A DNA stretch of 64,000 bases from Antedon mediterranea (lineage: Eukaryota; Animalia; Echinodermata): the NCBI RefSeq assembly GCF_964355755.1, contig NC_092670.1, forward strand, positions 27,640,388-27,704,387, read 5' to 3'. Below, piece by piece: positions 23,701 to 36,500 of this stretch. Position 1 is the first letter of the stretch; each line of letters opens with the position of its first letter. Under the pieces are notes generated by a model, which did no database searches, was not told where the DNA came from, and saw only the letters and a program-made list of their open reading frames with translations. Both the position numbers and the translations under genes were made by a program.

Positions 23701-26700
23701 TTGCTGTTTTGTGTGAATAATTTTTGTTGAAATGCTCAAAATGGTCAAAAACGTTTTTAAATACGATATTAAGCTATTTTGTGCTCTTTGATGTTTTTGT
23801 GTGAAAAGTTTTATCGAAATGCTCAAAATGGTCTAAAACGGTTTCTAATGTGATTTTAAGCACTTTGGTGTTTTTATGTTAACAAGTTTTTTCGAAAATC
23901 ACAAAATGGTCTAAAACGTCTCCAAATGTGATTTGAAGCTATTCTAAACACTTTGGTGTTTTTATGTTAACATGTTTTTTCGAAAATCACAAATTGGTCT
24001 AAAACGTCTCCAAATGCGATTTGAAGCTATTTTAAGCACTTTGGTGTTTTTGTGTAACCAAGTTTTTTCGAAAATCACAAAAGGGTCTAAAATGTCTCAA
24101 AATGCGATTTGAAGCTATTCTGTACACTTTGATGTTTTTTTGTTAACAAGTTTTTTCGAAAGTCACAAAATGGTCTAAAAAGTCTCCAAATGCGATTTGA
24201 AGCTATTCTAAGCACTTTGGTGTTTTTATGTTAACAAGTTTTATCGAAAATCACAAAATGGTGTAAAACGTCTCCAAATGCGATTTGAAGCTATTCTAAG
24301 CACTTTGGTGTTTTTATGTTAACAAGTTTTTTCGAAAATCACAAAATGGTGTTAAACGTCTCCAAATGCGATTTTAAGCTATTCTAAGCAATTTGGTGTT
24401 TTTATGTCAACAAGTTTTTTCGAAAATCACAAAATGGTCTAAAACGTCTCCAAATGCGATTTGAAGCTATTCTGTACACTTTGCTGTTTTGTGAGAATAA
24501 TTTTTGTCGAAATGCTCAAAATGGTCAAAAACGTTTTTAAATACGATATTAAGCTATTTTGTGCTCTTTGATGTTTTTGTGTGAAAAGTTTTATCGAAAT
24601 GCTCAAAATGGTCTAAAACGGTTTCTAATGTGATTTTAAGCACTTTGATGTTTTTATGTTAACAACTTTTTTAGAAAATTACAAAATGGTGTAAAACGTC
24701 TCCAAATGCGATTTGAAGCTATTCTAAGCAATTTCGTGTTTTTATGTTAACAAGTTTTTTCGAAAATCACAAAATGGTCTAAAACGTCTCCAAATGCGAT
24801 TTGAAGCTATTCTAAGCACTTTTGTGTTTTTATGTTAACAAGTTTTTTCGAAAATCACAAAATGGTCTAAAATGTCTCCAAATGCGATTTTAAGGTATTC
24901 TAAGCACTTTGGTGTTTTTATGTTAACAAGTTTTTTCGAAAATCACAAAATGGTCTAAAACGTCTCCAAATGCGATTTGAAGCTATTCTAAGCACTTTGG
25001 TGTTTTTATGTTAACAAGTTTTTTCGAAAATCACAAAATGGTGTAAAACTTCTCCAAATACGATTTTAAGCTATTCTAAGCACTTTGGTGTTTTTATGTT
25101 AACAAGTTTTTTCGAAAATTACAAAATGGTATAAAACGTCTCCAAATGCGATTTGAAGATTTTCTAAGCACTTTGGTGTTTTTATGTTAACAAGTTTTTT
25201 CGAAAATCACAAAATGGTCTAAAACGTCTCCAAATGCGATTTGAAGCTATTCTGTACACTTTGCTGTTTTGTGTGAATAATTTTTGTCGAAATGCTCAAA
25301 ATGGTCAAAAACGTTTTTAAATACGATATTAAGCTATTTTGTGCTCTTTGATGTTTTTGTGTGAAAAGTTTTATCGAAATGCTCAAAATGGTCTAAAACG
25401 GTTTCTAATGTGATTTTAAGCACTTTGATGTTTTTATGTTAACAAGTTTTTTCGAAAATTACAAAATGGTATAAAACGTCTCCAAATGCGATTTGAAGAT
25501 TTTCTAAGCACTTTGGTGTTTTTATGTTTACAAGTTTTTTCGAAAATCACAAAATGGTCTAAAACGTCTCCAAATGCGATTTGAAGCTATTCTGTACACT
25601 TTGCTGTTTTGTGTGAATAATTTTGTCAAAATGCTCAAAATGGTCAAAAACGTTTTTAAATACTATATTAAGCTATTTTGTGTTCTTTGATGTTTTTGTG
25701 TGAAAAGTTTTATCGAAATGCTCAAAATGGTCTAAAACGGTTTCTAATGAAATGATTTTAAGAACTTTGATGTTTTTATGTTAACAACTTTTTTAGAAAA
25801 TCACAAAATGGTCTAAAACGTCTACAAATGCGATTTGAAGCTATTCTAAGCACTTTGGTGTTTTTATGTTAACAAGTTTTTTCGAAAATCACAAAATGGT
25901 ATAAAACGTCTCCAAATGAGATTTTAAGGTATTCTAAGCACTTTGGTGTTTTTATGTTAACAAGTTTTTTCGAAAATCACAAAATGGTCTAAAACGTCTA
26001 CAAATGCGATTTGAAGCTATTCTAAGCACTTTGGTGTTTTTATGTTAACAAGTTTTTTCGAAAATCACAAAATGGTATAAAACGTCTCCAAATGCGATTT
26101 TAAGGTATTCTAAGCACTTTGCTGTTTTGTGTGAATAATTTTTGTCGAAATGCTCAAAATGGTCAAAAACGTTTTTAAATACGATATTAAGCTATTTTGT
26201 GCTCTTTGATGTTTTTGTGTGAAAAGTTTTATCGAAATGCTCAAAATGGTCTAAAACGGTTTCTAATGTGATTTTAAGCACTTTGATGTTTTTATGTTAA
26301 CAACTTTTTTAGAAAATCACAAAATGGTCTAAAACGTCTCCAAATGCGATTTGAAGCAATTCTAAGCACTTTGGTGTTTTTATGGTAACGAGTTTTTTTG
26401 AATATCACAAAATGGTCTAAAATGTCTCCAAATGCGATTTGAAGCTTTTCTAAGCACTTTGGTGTTTTTATGTTAACAAGTTTTTTCGAAAATCACAAAA
26501 TGGTCTAAAACGTCTCCAAATGCGATTTGAAGCTATTCTGTACACTTTGCTGTTTTGTGTGAATAATTTTTGTCGAAATGCTCAAAATGGTCAAAAACGT
26601 TTTTAAATACGATATTAAGCTATTTTGTGCTCTTTTATGTTTTTGTGTGAAAAGTTTTATCGAAATGCTCAAAATGGTCTAAAACGGTTTCTAATGTGAT

Positions 26701-27555
26701 TTTAAGCACTTTGATGTTTTTATGTTAACAACTTTTTTAGAAAATCACAAAATGGTCTAAAACGTCTCCAAATGCGATTTGAAGCAATTCTAAGCACTTT
26801 GGTGTTTTTATGGTAACGAGTTTTTTTGAATATCACAAAATGGTCTAAAATGTCTCCAAATGCGATTTGAAGCTTTTCTAAGCACTTTGGTGTTTTTATG
26901 GTAACGAGTTATTTCGAAAATCACAAAATGGTCTAAAACGTCTCCAAATGCGATTTGAAGCTATTCTGTACACTTTGCTGTTTTGTGTGAATAATTTTTG
27001 TCAAAATGCTCAAAATGGTCAAAAACGTTTTTAAATACTATATTAAGCTATTTTGTGCTCTTTGATGTTTTTGTGTGAAAAGTTTTATCGAAATGCTCAA
27101 AATGGTCTAAAACGGTTTCTAATGTGATTTTAAGCACTTTGATGTTTTTATGTTAACAACTTTTTTAGAAAATTACAAAATGGTGTAAAACGTCTCCAAA
27201 TGCGATTTGAAGCTATTCTAAGCAATTTGGTGTTTTTATGTTAACAAGTTTTTTCGAAAATCACAAAATGGTCTAAAACGTCTCCAAATGCGATTTGAAG
27301 CTATTCTAAGCACTTTTGTGTTTTTATGTTAACAAGTTTTTTCGAAAATCACAAAATGGTCTAAAATGTCTCCAAATGCGATTTGAAGCTTTTCTAAGCA
27401 CTTTTGTGTTTTTATGTTTACAAGTTTTTTCGAAAATCACAAAATGGTCTAAAACGTCTCCAAATGCGATTTGAAGCTATTCTGTACACTTTGCTGTTTT
27501 GTGTGAATAATTTTTGTCAAACTGCTCAAAATGGTCAAAAACGTTTTTAAATACT
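17713..27555 (+). repeat. Higher-order repeat unit, copy 2 (9,843 bp = 7,943 + internal 1,900-bp duplication)
   Basis: Markers spanning this copy are 9,843 apart: ORF hits at 20593 and 30436, and the TGAAATGA insertion at 15905 and 25748. Confidence 0.9.
20705..24679 (+). repeat. Tandem duplication with 1,900-bp period (3 B-C pairs + 16 A)
   Basis: GTGCTCTTTG is in register at 20761, 22661 and 24561. ACGGCTCC (~21073/~22973), AACATG (~22069/~23969) and GTCAAC (~22506/~24406) are all 1,900 apart. 3x164 + 16x88 = 1,900. Confidence 0.92.
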
Positions 27556-30500
27556 ATATTAAGCTATTTTGTGTTCTTTGATGTTTTTATGTGAAAAGTT
27601 TTATCGAAATGCTCAAAATGGTCTAAAACGGTTTCTAATGTGATTTTAAGAACTTTGATGTTTTTATGTTAAAAACTTTTTTAGAAAATCACAAAATGGT
27701 CTAAAACGTCTCCAAATGCGATTTGAAGCAATTCTAAGCACTTTGGTGTTTTTATGTTAACACATTTTTTCGAAAATCACAAAATGGTCTACAACGTCTC
27801 CAAATGCGATTTGAAGATATTCTAAGCACTTTGGTGTTTTTATGTTAACAAGTTTTTTCGAAAATCACAAAGTGGTATAAAACGTCTCCAAATGCGATTT
27901 TAAGGTATTCTAAGCACTTTGGTGTTTTTATGTTAACAAGTTTTTTCGAAAATCACAAAATGGTCTAAAACGTCTCCAAATGTGATTTGAAGCTATTCTA
28001 AACACTTTGGTGTTTTTATGTTAACAAGTTTTTTCGAAAATCACAAATTGGTCTAAAACGTCTCCAAATGCGATTTGAAGCTATTTTAAGCACTTTGGTG
28101 TTTTTGTGTAACCAAGTTTTTTCGAAAATCACAAAAGGGTCTAAAATGTCTCAAAATGCGATTTGAAGCTATTCTGTACACTTTGAAGTTTTTATGTTAA
28201 CAACTTTTTTAGAAAATCACAAAATGGTCTAAAACGTCTCCAAATGCGATTTGAAGCAATTCTAAGCACTTTGGTGTTTTTATGGTAACGAGTTTTTTTG
28301 AATATCACAAAATGGTCTAAAATGTCTCCAAATGCGATTTGAAGCTTTTCTAAGCACTTTGGTGTTTTTATGTTAACAAGTTTTTTCGAAAATCACAAAA
28401 TGGTCTAAAACGTCTCCAAATGCGATTTGAAGCTATTCTGTACACTTTGCTGTTTTGTGTGAATAATTTTTGTCGAAATGCTCAAAATGGTCAAAAACGT
28501 TTTTAAATACGATATTAAGCTATTTTGTGCTCTTTGATGTTTTTGTGTGAAAAGTTTTATCGAAATGCTCAAAATGGTCTAAAACGGTTTCTAATGTGAT
28601 TTTAAGCACTTTGATGTTTTTATGTTAACAACTTTTTTAGAAAATCACAAAATGGTCTAAAACGTCTCCAAATGCGATTTGAAGCAATTCTAAGCACTTT
28701 GGTGTTTTTATGGTAACGAGTTTTTTTGAATATCACAAAATGGTCTAAAACGTCTCCAAATGCGATTTGAAGCTTTTCTAAGCACTTTGGTGTTTTTATG
28801 TTTACAAGTTTTTTCGAAAATCACAAAATGGTCTAAAACGGCTCCAAATACGATTTGAAGCTATTCTAAGCACTTTGGTGTTTTTATGTTAACAAGTTTT
28901 TTCGAAAATCACAAAATGGTCTAAAACGTCTCCAAATGCGATTTGAAGCTATTCTAAGCACTTTGGTGTTTTTATGTTAACAAGTTTTTTCGAAAATCAC
29001 AAAATGGTGTAAAACGTCTCCAAATGCGATTTGAAGCTATTCTAAGCAATTTTGTGTTTTTATGTTAACAAGTTTTTTCGAAAATCACAAAATGGTCTAA
29101 AACGTCTCCAAATGCGATTTGAAGCTATTCTAAGCACTTTTGTGTTTTTATGTTAACAAGTTTTTTCGAAAATCACAAAATGGTCTAAAATGTCTCAAAA
29201 TGCGATTTGAAGCTATTCTGTACACTTTGCTGTTTTGTGTGAATAATTTTTGTCAAAATGCTCAAAATGGTCAAAAACGTTTTTAAATACTATATTAAGC
29301 TATTTTGTGCTCTTTGATGTTTTTGTGTGAAAAGTTTTATCGAAATGCTCAAAATGGTCTAAAACGGTTTCTAATGTGATTTTAAGCACTTTGGTGTTTT
29401 TATGTTAACAAGTTTTTTCGAAAATCACAAAATGGTCTAAAATGTCTCCAAATGCGATCTGAAGCTTTTCTAAGCACTTTGGTGTTTTTATGTTAACAAG
29501 TTTTTTCGAAAATCACAAAATGGTCTAAAACGTCTCCAAATGTGATTTGAAGCTATTCTAAACACTTTGGTGTTTTTATGTTAACAAGTTTTTTCGAAAA
29601 TCACAAATTGGTCTAAAACGTCTCCAAATGCGATTTGAAGCTATTTTAAGCACTTTGGTTTTTTTGTGTAACCAAGTTTTTTCGAAAATCACAAAAGGGT
29701 CTAAAATGTCTCAAAATGCGATTTGAAGCTATTCTGTACACTTTGATGTTTTTTTGTTAACAAGTTTTTTCGAAAGTCACAAAATGGTCTAAAAAGTCTC
29801 CAAATGCGATTTGAAGCTATTCTAAGCACTTTGGTGTTTTTATGTTAACAAGTTTTATCGAAAATCACAAAATGGTGTAAAACGTCTCCAAATGCGATTT
29901 GAAGCTATTCTAAGCACTTTGGTGTTTTTATGTTAACAAGTTTTTTCGAAAATCACAAAATGGTGTAAAACGTCTCCAAATGCGATTTTAAGCTATTCTA
30001 AGCAATTTGGTGTTTTTATGTTAACAAGTTTTTTCGAAAATCACAAAATGGTCTAAAACGTCTCCAAATGCGATTTGAAGCTATTCTGTACACTTTGCTG
30101 TTTTGTGAGAATAATTTTTGTCGAAATGCTCAAAATGGTCAAAAACGTTTTTAAATACGATATTAAGCTATTTTGTGCTCTTTGATGTTTTTGTGTGAAA
30201 AGTTTTATCGAAATGCTCAAAATGGTCTAAAACGGTTTCTAATGTGATTTTAAGCACTTTGATGTTTTTATGTTAACAACTTTTTTAGAAAATTACAAAA
30301 TGGTGTAAAACGTCTCCAAATGCGATTTGAAGCTATTCTAAGCAATTTCGTGTTTTTATGTTAACAAGTTTTTTCGAAAATCACAAAATGGTCTAAAACG
30401 TCTCCAAATGCGATTTGAAGCTATTCTAAGCACTTTTGTGTTTTTATGTTAACAAGTTTTTTCGAAAATCACAAAATGGTCTAAAACGTCTCCAAATGCG

Positions 30501-33500
30501 ATTTGAAGCTATTCTGTACACTTTGCTGTTTTGTGTGAATAATTTTTTGTCGAAATGCTCAAAATGGTCAAAAACGTTTTTAAATACGATATTAAGCTAT
30601 TTTGTGCTCTTTGATGTTTTTGTGTGAAAAGTTTTATCGAAATGCTCAAAATGGTCTAAAACGGTTTCTAATGTGATTTTAAGCACTTTGATGTTTTTAT
30701 GTTAACAACTTTTTTAGAAAATCACAAAATGGTCTAAAACGTCTCCAAATGCGATTTGAAGCAATTCTAAGCACTTTGGTGTTTTTATGGTAACGAGTTT
30801 TTTTGAATATCACAAAATGGTCTAAAACGTCTCCAAATGCGATTTGAAGCTTTTCTAAGCACTTTGGTGTTTTTATGTTTACAAGTTTTTTCGAAAATCA
30901 CAAAATGGTCTAAAACGGCTCCAAATACGATTTGAAGCTATTCTAAGCACTTTGGTGTTTTTATGTTAACAAGTTTTTTCGAAAATCACAAAATGGTCTA
31001 AAACGTCTCCAAATGCGATTTGAAGCTATTCTAAGCACTTTGGTGTTTTTATGTTAACAAGTTTTTTCGAAAATCACAAAATGGTGTAAAACGTCTCCAA
31101 ATGCGATTTGAAGCTATTCTAAGCAATTTTGTGTTTTTATGTTAACAAGTTTTTTCGAAAATCACAAAATGGTCTAAAACGTCTCCAAATGCGATTTGAA
31201 GCTATTCTAAGCACTTTTGTGTTTTTATGTTAACAAGTTTTTTCGAAAATCACAAAATGGTCTAAAATGTCTCAAAATGCGATTTGAAGCTATTCTGTAC
31301 ACTTTGCTGTTTTGTGTGAATAATTTTTGTCAAAATGCTCAAAATGGTCAAAAACGTTTTTAAATACTATATTAAGCTATTTTGTGTTCTTTGATGTTTT
31401 TGTGTGAAAAGTTTTTTCGAAATGCTCAAAATGGTCTAAAACGGTTTCTAATGTGATTTTAAGCACTTTGATGTTTTTATGTTAACAACTTTTTTAGAAA
31501 ATTACAAAATGGTCTAAAACGTCTCCAAATGCGATTTGAAGCAATTCTAAGCACTTTGGTGTTTTTATGTTAACAAGTTTTTTCGAAAATCACAAAATGG
31601 TCTAAAACGTCTCCAAATGCGATTTGAAGCTATTCTGTACACTTTGCTGTTTTGTGTGAATAATTTTTGTTGAAATGCTCAAAATGGTCAAAAACGTTTT
31701 TAAATACGATATTAAGCTATTTTGTGCTCTTTGATGTTTTTGTGTGAAAAGTTTTATCGAAATGCTCAAAATGGTCTAAAACGGTTTCTAATGTGATTTT
31801 AAGCACTTTGGTGTTTTTATGTTAACAAGTTTTTTCGAAAATCACAAAATGGTCTAAAACGTCTCCAAATGTGATTTGAAGCTATTCTAAACACTTTGGT
31901 GTTTTTATGTTAACATGTTTTTTCGAAAATCACAAATTGGTCTAAAACGTCTCCAAATGCGATTTGAAGCTATTTTAAGCACTTTGGTGTTTTTGTGTAA
32001 CCAAGTTTTTTCGAAAATCACAAAAGGGTCTAAAATGTCTCAAAATGCGATTTGAAGCTATTCTGTACACTTTGATGTTTTTTTGTTAACAAGTTTTTTC
32101 GAAAGTCACAAAATGGTCTAAAAAGTCTCCAAATGCGATTTGAAGCTATTCTAAGCACTTTGGTGTTTTTATGTTAACAAGTTTTATCGAAAATCACAAA
32201 ATGGTGTAAAACGTCTCCAAATGCGATTTGAAGCTATTCTAAGCACTTTGGTGTTTTTATGTTAACAAGTTTTTTCGAAAATCACAAAATGGTGTAAAAC
32301 GTCTCCAAATGCGATTTTAAGCTATTCTAAGCAATTTGGTGTTTTTATGTCAACAAGTTTTTTCGAAAATCACAAAATGGTCTAAAACGTCTCCAAATGC
32401 GATTTGAAGCTATTCTGTACACTTTGCTGTTTTGTGAGAATAATTTTTGTCGAAATGCTCAAAATGGTCAAAAACGTTTTTAAATACGATATTAAGCTAT
32501 TTTGTGCTCTTTGATGTTTTTGTGTGAAAAGTTTTATCGAAATGCTCAAAATGGTCTAAAACGGTTTCTAATGTGATTTTAAGCACTTTGATGTTTTTAT
32601 GTTAACAACTTTTTTAGAAAATTACAAAATGGTGTAAAACGTCTCCAAATGCGATTTGAAGCTATTCTAAGCAATTTCGTGTTTTTATGTTAACAAGTTT
32701 TTTCGAAAATCACAAAATGGTCTAAAACGTCTCCAAATGCGATTTGAAGCTATTCTAAGCACTTTTGTGTTTTTATGTTAACAAGTTTTTTCGAAAATCA
32801 CAAAATGGTCTAAAATGTCTCCAAATGCGATTTTAAGGTATTCTAAGCACTTTGGTGTTTTTATGTTAACAAGTTTTTTCGAAAATCACAAAATGGTCTA
32901 AAACGTCTCCAAATGCGATTTGAAGCTATTCTAAGCACTTTGGTGTTTTTATGTTAACAAGTTTTTTCGAAAATCACAAAATGGTGTAAAACTTCTCCAA
33001 ATACGATTTTAAGCTATTCTAAGCACTTTGGTGTTTTTATGTTAACAAGTTTTTTCGAAAATTACAAAATGGTATAAAACGTCTCCAAATGCGATTTGAA
33101 GATTTTCTAAGCACTTTGGTGTTTTTATGTTAACAAGTTTTTTCGAAAATCACAAAATGGTCTAAAACGTCTCCAAATGCGATTTGAAGCTATTCTGTAC
33201 ACTTTGCTGTTTTGTGTGAATAATTTTTGTCGAAATGCTCAAAATGGTCAAAAACGTTTTTAAATACGATATTAAGCTATTTTGTGCTCTTTGATGTTTT
33301 TGTGTGAAAAGTTTTATCGAAATGCTCAAAATGGTCTAAAACGGTTTCTAATGTGATTTTAAGCACTTTGATGTTTTTATGTTAACAAGTTTTTTCGAAA
33401 ATTACAAAATGGTATAAAACGTCTCCAAATGCGATTTGAAGATTTTCTAAGCACTTTGGTGTTTTTATGTTTACAAGTTTTTTCGAAAATCACAAAATGG

Positions 33501-36500
33501 TCTAAAACGTCTCCAAATGCGATTTGAAGCTATTCTGTACACTTTGCTGTTTTGTGTGAATAATTTGGTCAAAATGCTCAAAATGGTCAAAAACGTTTTT
33601 AAATACTATATTAAGCTATTTTGTGTTCTTTGATGTTTTTGTGTGAAAAGTTTTATCGAAATGCTCAAAATGGTCTAAAACGGTTTCTAATGAAATGATT
33701 TTAAGAACTTTGATGTTTTTATGTTAACAACTTTTTTAGAAAATCACAAAATGGTCTAAAACGTCTACAAATGCGATTTGAAGCTATTCTAAGCACTTTG
33801 GTGTTTTTATGTTAACAAGTTTTTTCGAAAATCACAAAATGGTATAAAACGTCTCCAAATGAGATTTTAAGGTATTCTAAGCACTTTGGTGTTTTTATGT
33901 TAACAAGTTTTTTCGAAAATCACAAAATGGTCTAAAACGTCTACAAATGCGATTTGAAGCTATTCTAAGCACTTTGGTGTTTTTATGTTAACAAGTTTTT
34001 TCGAAAATCACAAAATGGTCTAAAACGTCTCCAAATGCGATTTGAAGCTATTCTGTACACTTTGCTGTTTTGTGTGAATAATTTTTGTCGAAATGCTCAA
34101 AATGGTCAAAAACGTTTTTAAATACGATATTAAGCTATTTTGTGCTCTTTGATGTTTTTGTGTGAAAAGTTTTATCGAAATGCTCAAAATGGTCTAAAAC
34201 GGTTTCTAATGTGATTTTAAGCACTTTGATGTTTTTATGTTAACAACTTTTTTAGAAAATCACAAAATGGTCTAAAACGTCTCCAAATGCGATTTGAAGC
34301 AATTCTAAGCACTTTGGTGTTTTTATGGTAACGAGTTTTTTTGAATATCACAAAATGGTCTAAAATGTCTCCAAATGCGATTTGAAGCTATTCTGTACAC
34401 TTTGATGTTTTTTTGTTAACAAGTTTTTTCGAAAGTCACAAAATGGTGTAAAACGTCTCCAAATGCGATTTGAAGCTATTCTAAGCACTTTGGTGTTTTT
34501 ATGGTAACGAATTTTTTTGAATATCACAAAATGGTCTAAAATGTCTCCAAATGCGATTTGAAGCTATTCTAAACACTTTGGTGTTTTTATGTTAACAAGT
34601 TTTTTCGAAAATCACAAATTGGTCTAAAACGTCTCCAAATGCGATTTGAAGCTAGTTTAAGCACTTTGGTGTTTTTGTGTAACCAAGTTTTTTCGAAAAT
34701 CACAAAAGGGTCTAAAATGTCTCAAAATGCGATTTGAAGCTATTCTGTACACTTTGATGTTTTTTTTGTTAACAAGTTTTTTCGAAAGTCACAAAATGGT
34801 CTAAAACGTCTCCAAATGCGATTTGAAGCTATTCTAAGCACTTTGGTGTTTTTATGTTAACAAGTTTTTTCGAAAATCACAAAATGGTGTAAAACGTCTC
34901 TAAATGCGATTTGAAGCTATTCTAAGCAATTTGGTGTTTTTATGTTAACAAGTTTTTTCGAAAATCACAAAATGGTGTAAAACGTCTCCAAATGCGATTT
35001 TAAGCTATTCTAAGCAATTTGGTGTTTTTTTATGTTAACAAGTTTTTTCGAAAATCACAAAATGGTCTAAAACGTCTCCAAATGCGATTTGAAGCTATTC
35101 TGTACACTTTGCTGTTTTGTGTGAATAATTTTTGTTGAAATGCTCAAAATGGTCAAAAACGTTTTTAAATACTATATTAAGCTATTTTGTGTTCTTTGAT
35201 GTTTTTGTGTGAAAAGTTTTATCGAAATGCTCAAAATGGTCTAAAACAGTTTCTAATGTGATTTTAAGCACTTTGATGTTTTTATGTTAACAACTTTTTT
35301 AGAAAATCACAAAATGGTCTAAAACGTCTCCAAATGCGATTTGAAGCAATTCTAAGCACTTTGGTGTTTTTATGTTAACAAGTTTTTTCGAAAATCACAA
35401 AATGGTATAAAACGTCTCCAAATGCGATTTGAAGCAATTCTAAGCACTTTGGTGTTTTTATGTTAACAAGTTTTTTCGAAAATCACAAAATGGTATAAAA
35501 CGTCTCCAAATGCGATTTTAAGGTATTCTAAGCACTTTGGTGTTTTTATGTTAACAAGTTTTTTCGAAAATCACAAAATGGTCTAAAACGTCTCCAAATG
35601 CGATTTGAAGCTATTCTGTACACTTTGCTGTTTTGTGTGAATAATTTTTGTCGAAATGCTCAAAATGGTCAAAAACGTTTTTAAATACGATATTAAGCTA
35701 TTTTGTGCTCTTTGATGTTTTTGTGTGAAAAGTTTTATCGAAATGCTCAAAATGGTCTAAAACGGTTTCTAATGTGATTTTAAGCACTTTGATGTTTTTA
35801 TGTTAACAACTTTTTTAGAAAATCACAAAATGGTCTAAAACGTCTCCAAATGCGATTTGAAGCAATTCTAAGCACTTTGGTGTTTTTATGGTAACGAGTT
35901 TTTTTGAATATCACAAAATGGTCTAAAATGTCTCCAAATGCGATTTGAAGCTAATCTGTACACTTTGATGTTTTTTTGTTAACAAGTTTTTTCGAAAGTC
36001 ACAAAATGGTCTAAAACGTCTCCAAATGTGATTTGAAGCTATTCTAAACACTTTGGTGTTTTTATGTTAACAAGTTTTTTCGAAAATCACAAATTGGTCT
36101 AAAACGTCTCCAAATGCGATTTGAAGCTAGTTTAAGCACTTTGGTGTTTTTGTGTAACCAAGTTTTTTCGAAAATCACAAAAGGGTCTAAAATGTCTCAA
36201 AATGCGATTTGAAGCTATTCTGTACACTTTGATGTTTTTTTTGTTAACAAGTTTTTTCGAAAGTCACAAAATGGTCTAAAACGTCCCCAAATGCGATTTG
36301 AAGCTATTCTAAGCACTTTGGTGTTTTTATGTTAACAAGTTTTTTCGAAAATCACAAAATGGTGTAAAACGTCTCCAAATGCGATTTGAAGCTATTCTAA
36401 GCAATTTGGTGTTTTTATGTTAACAAGTTTTTTCGAAAATCACAAAATGGTGTAAAACGTCTCCAAATGCGATTTTAAGCTATTCTAAGCAATTTGGTGT

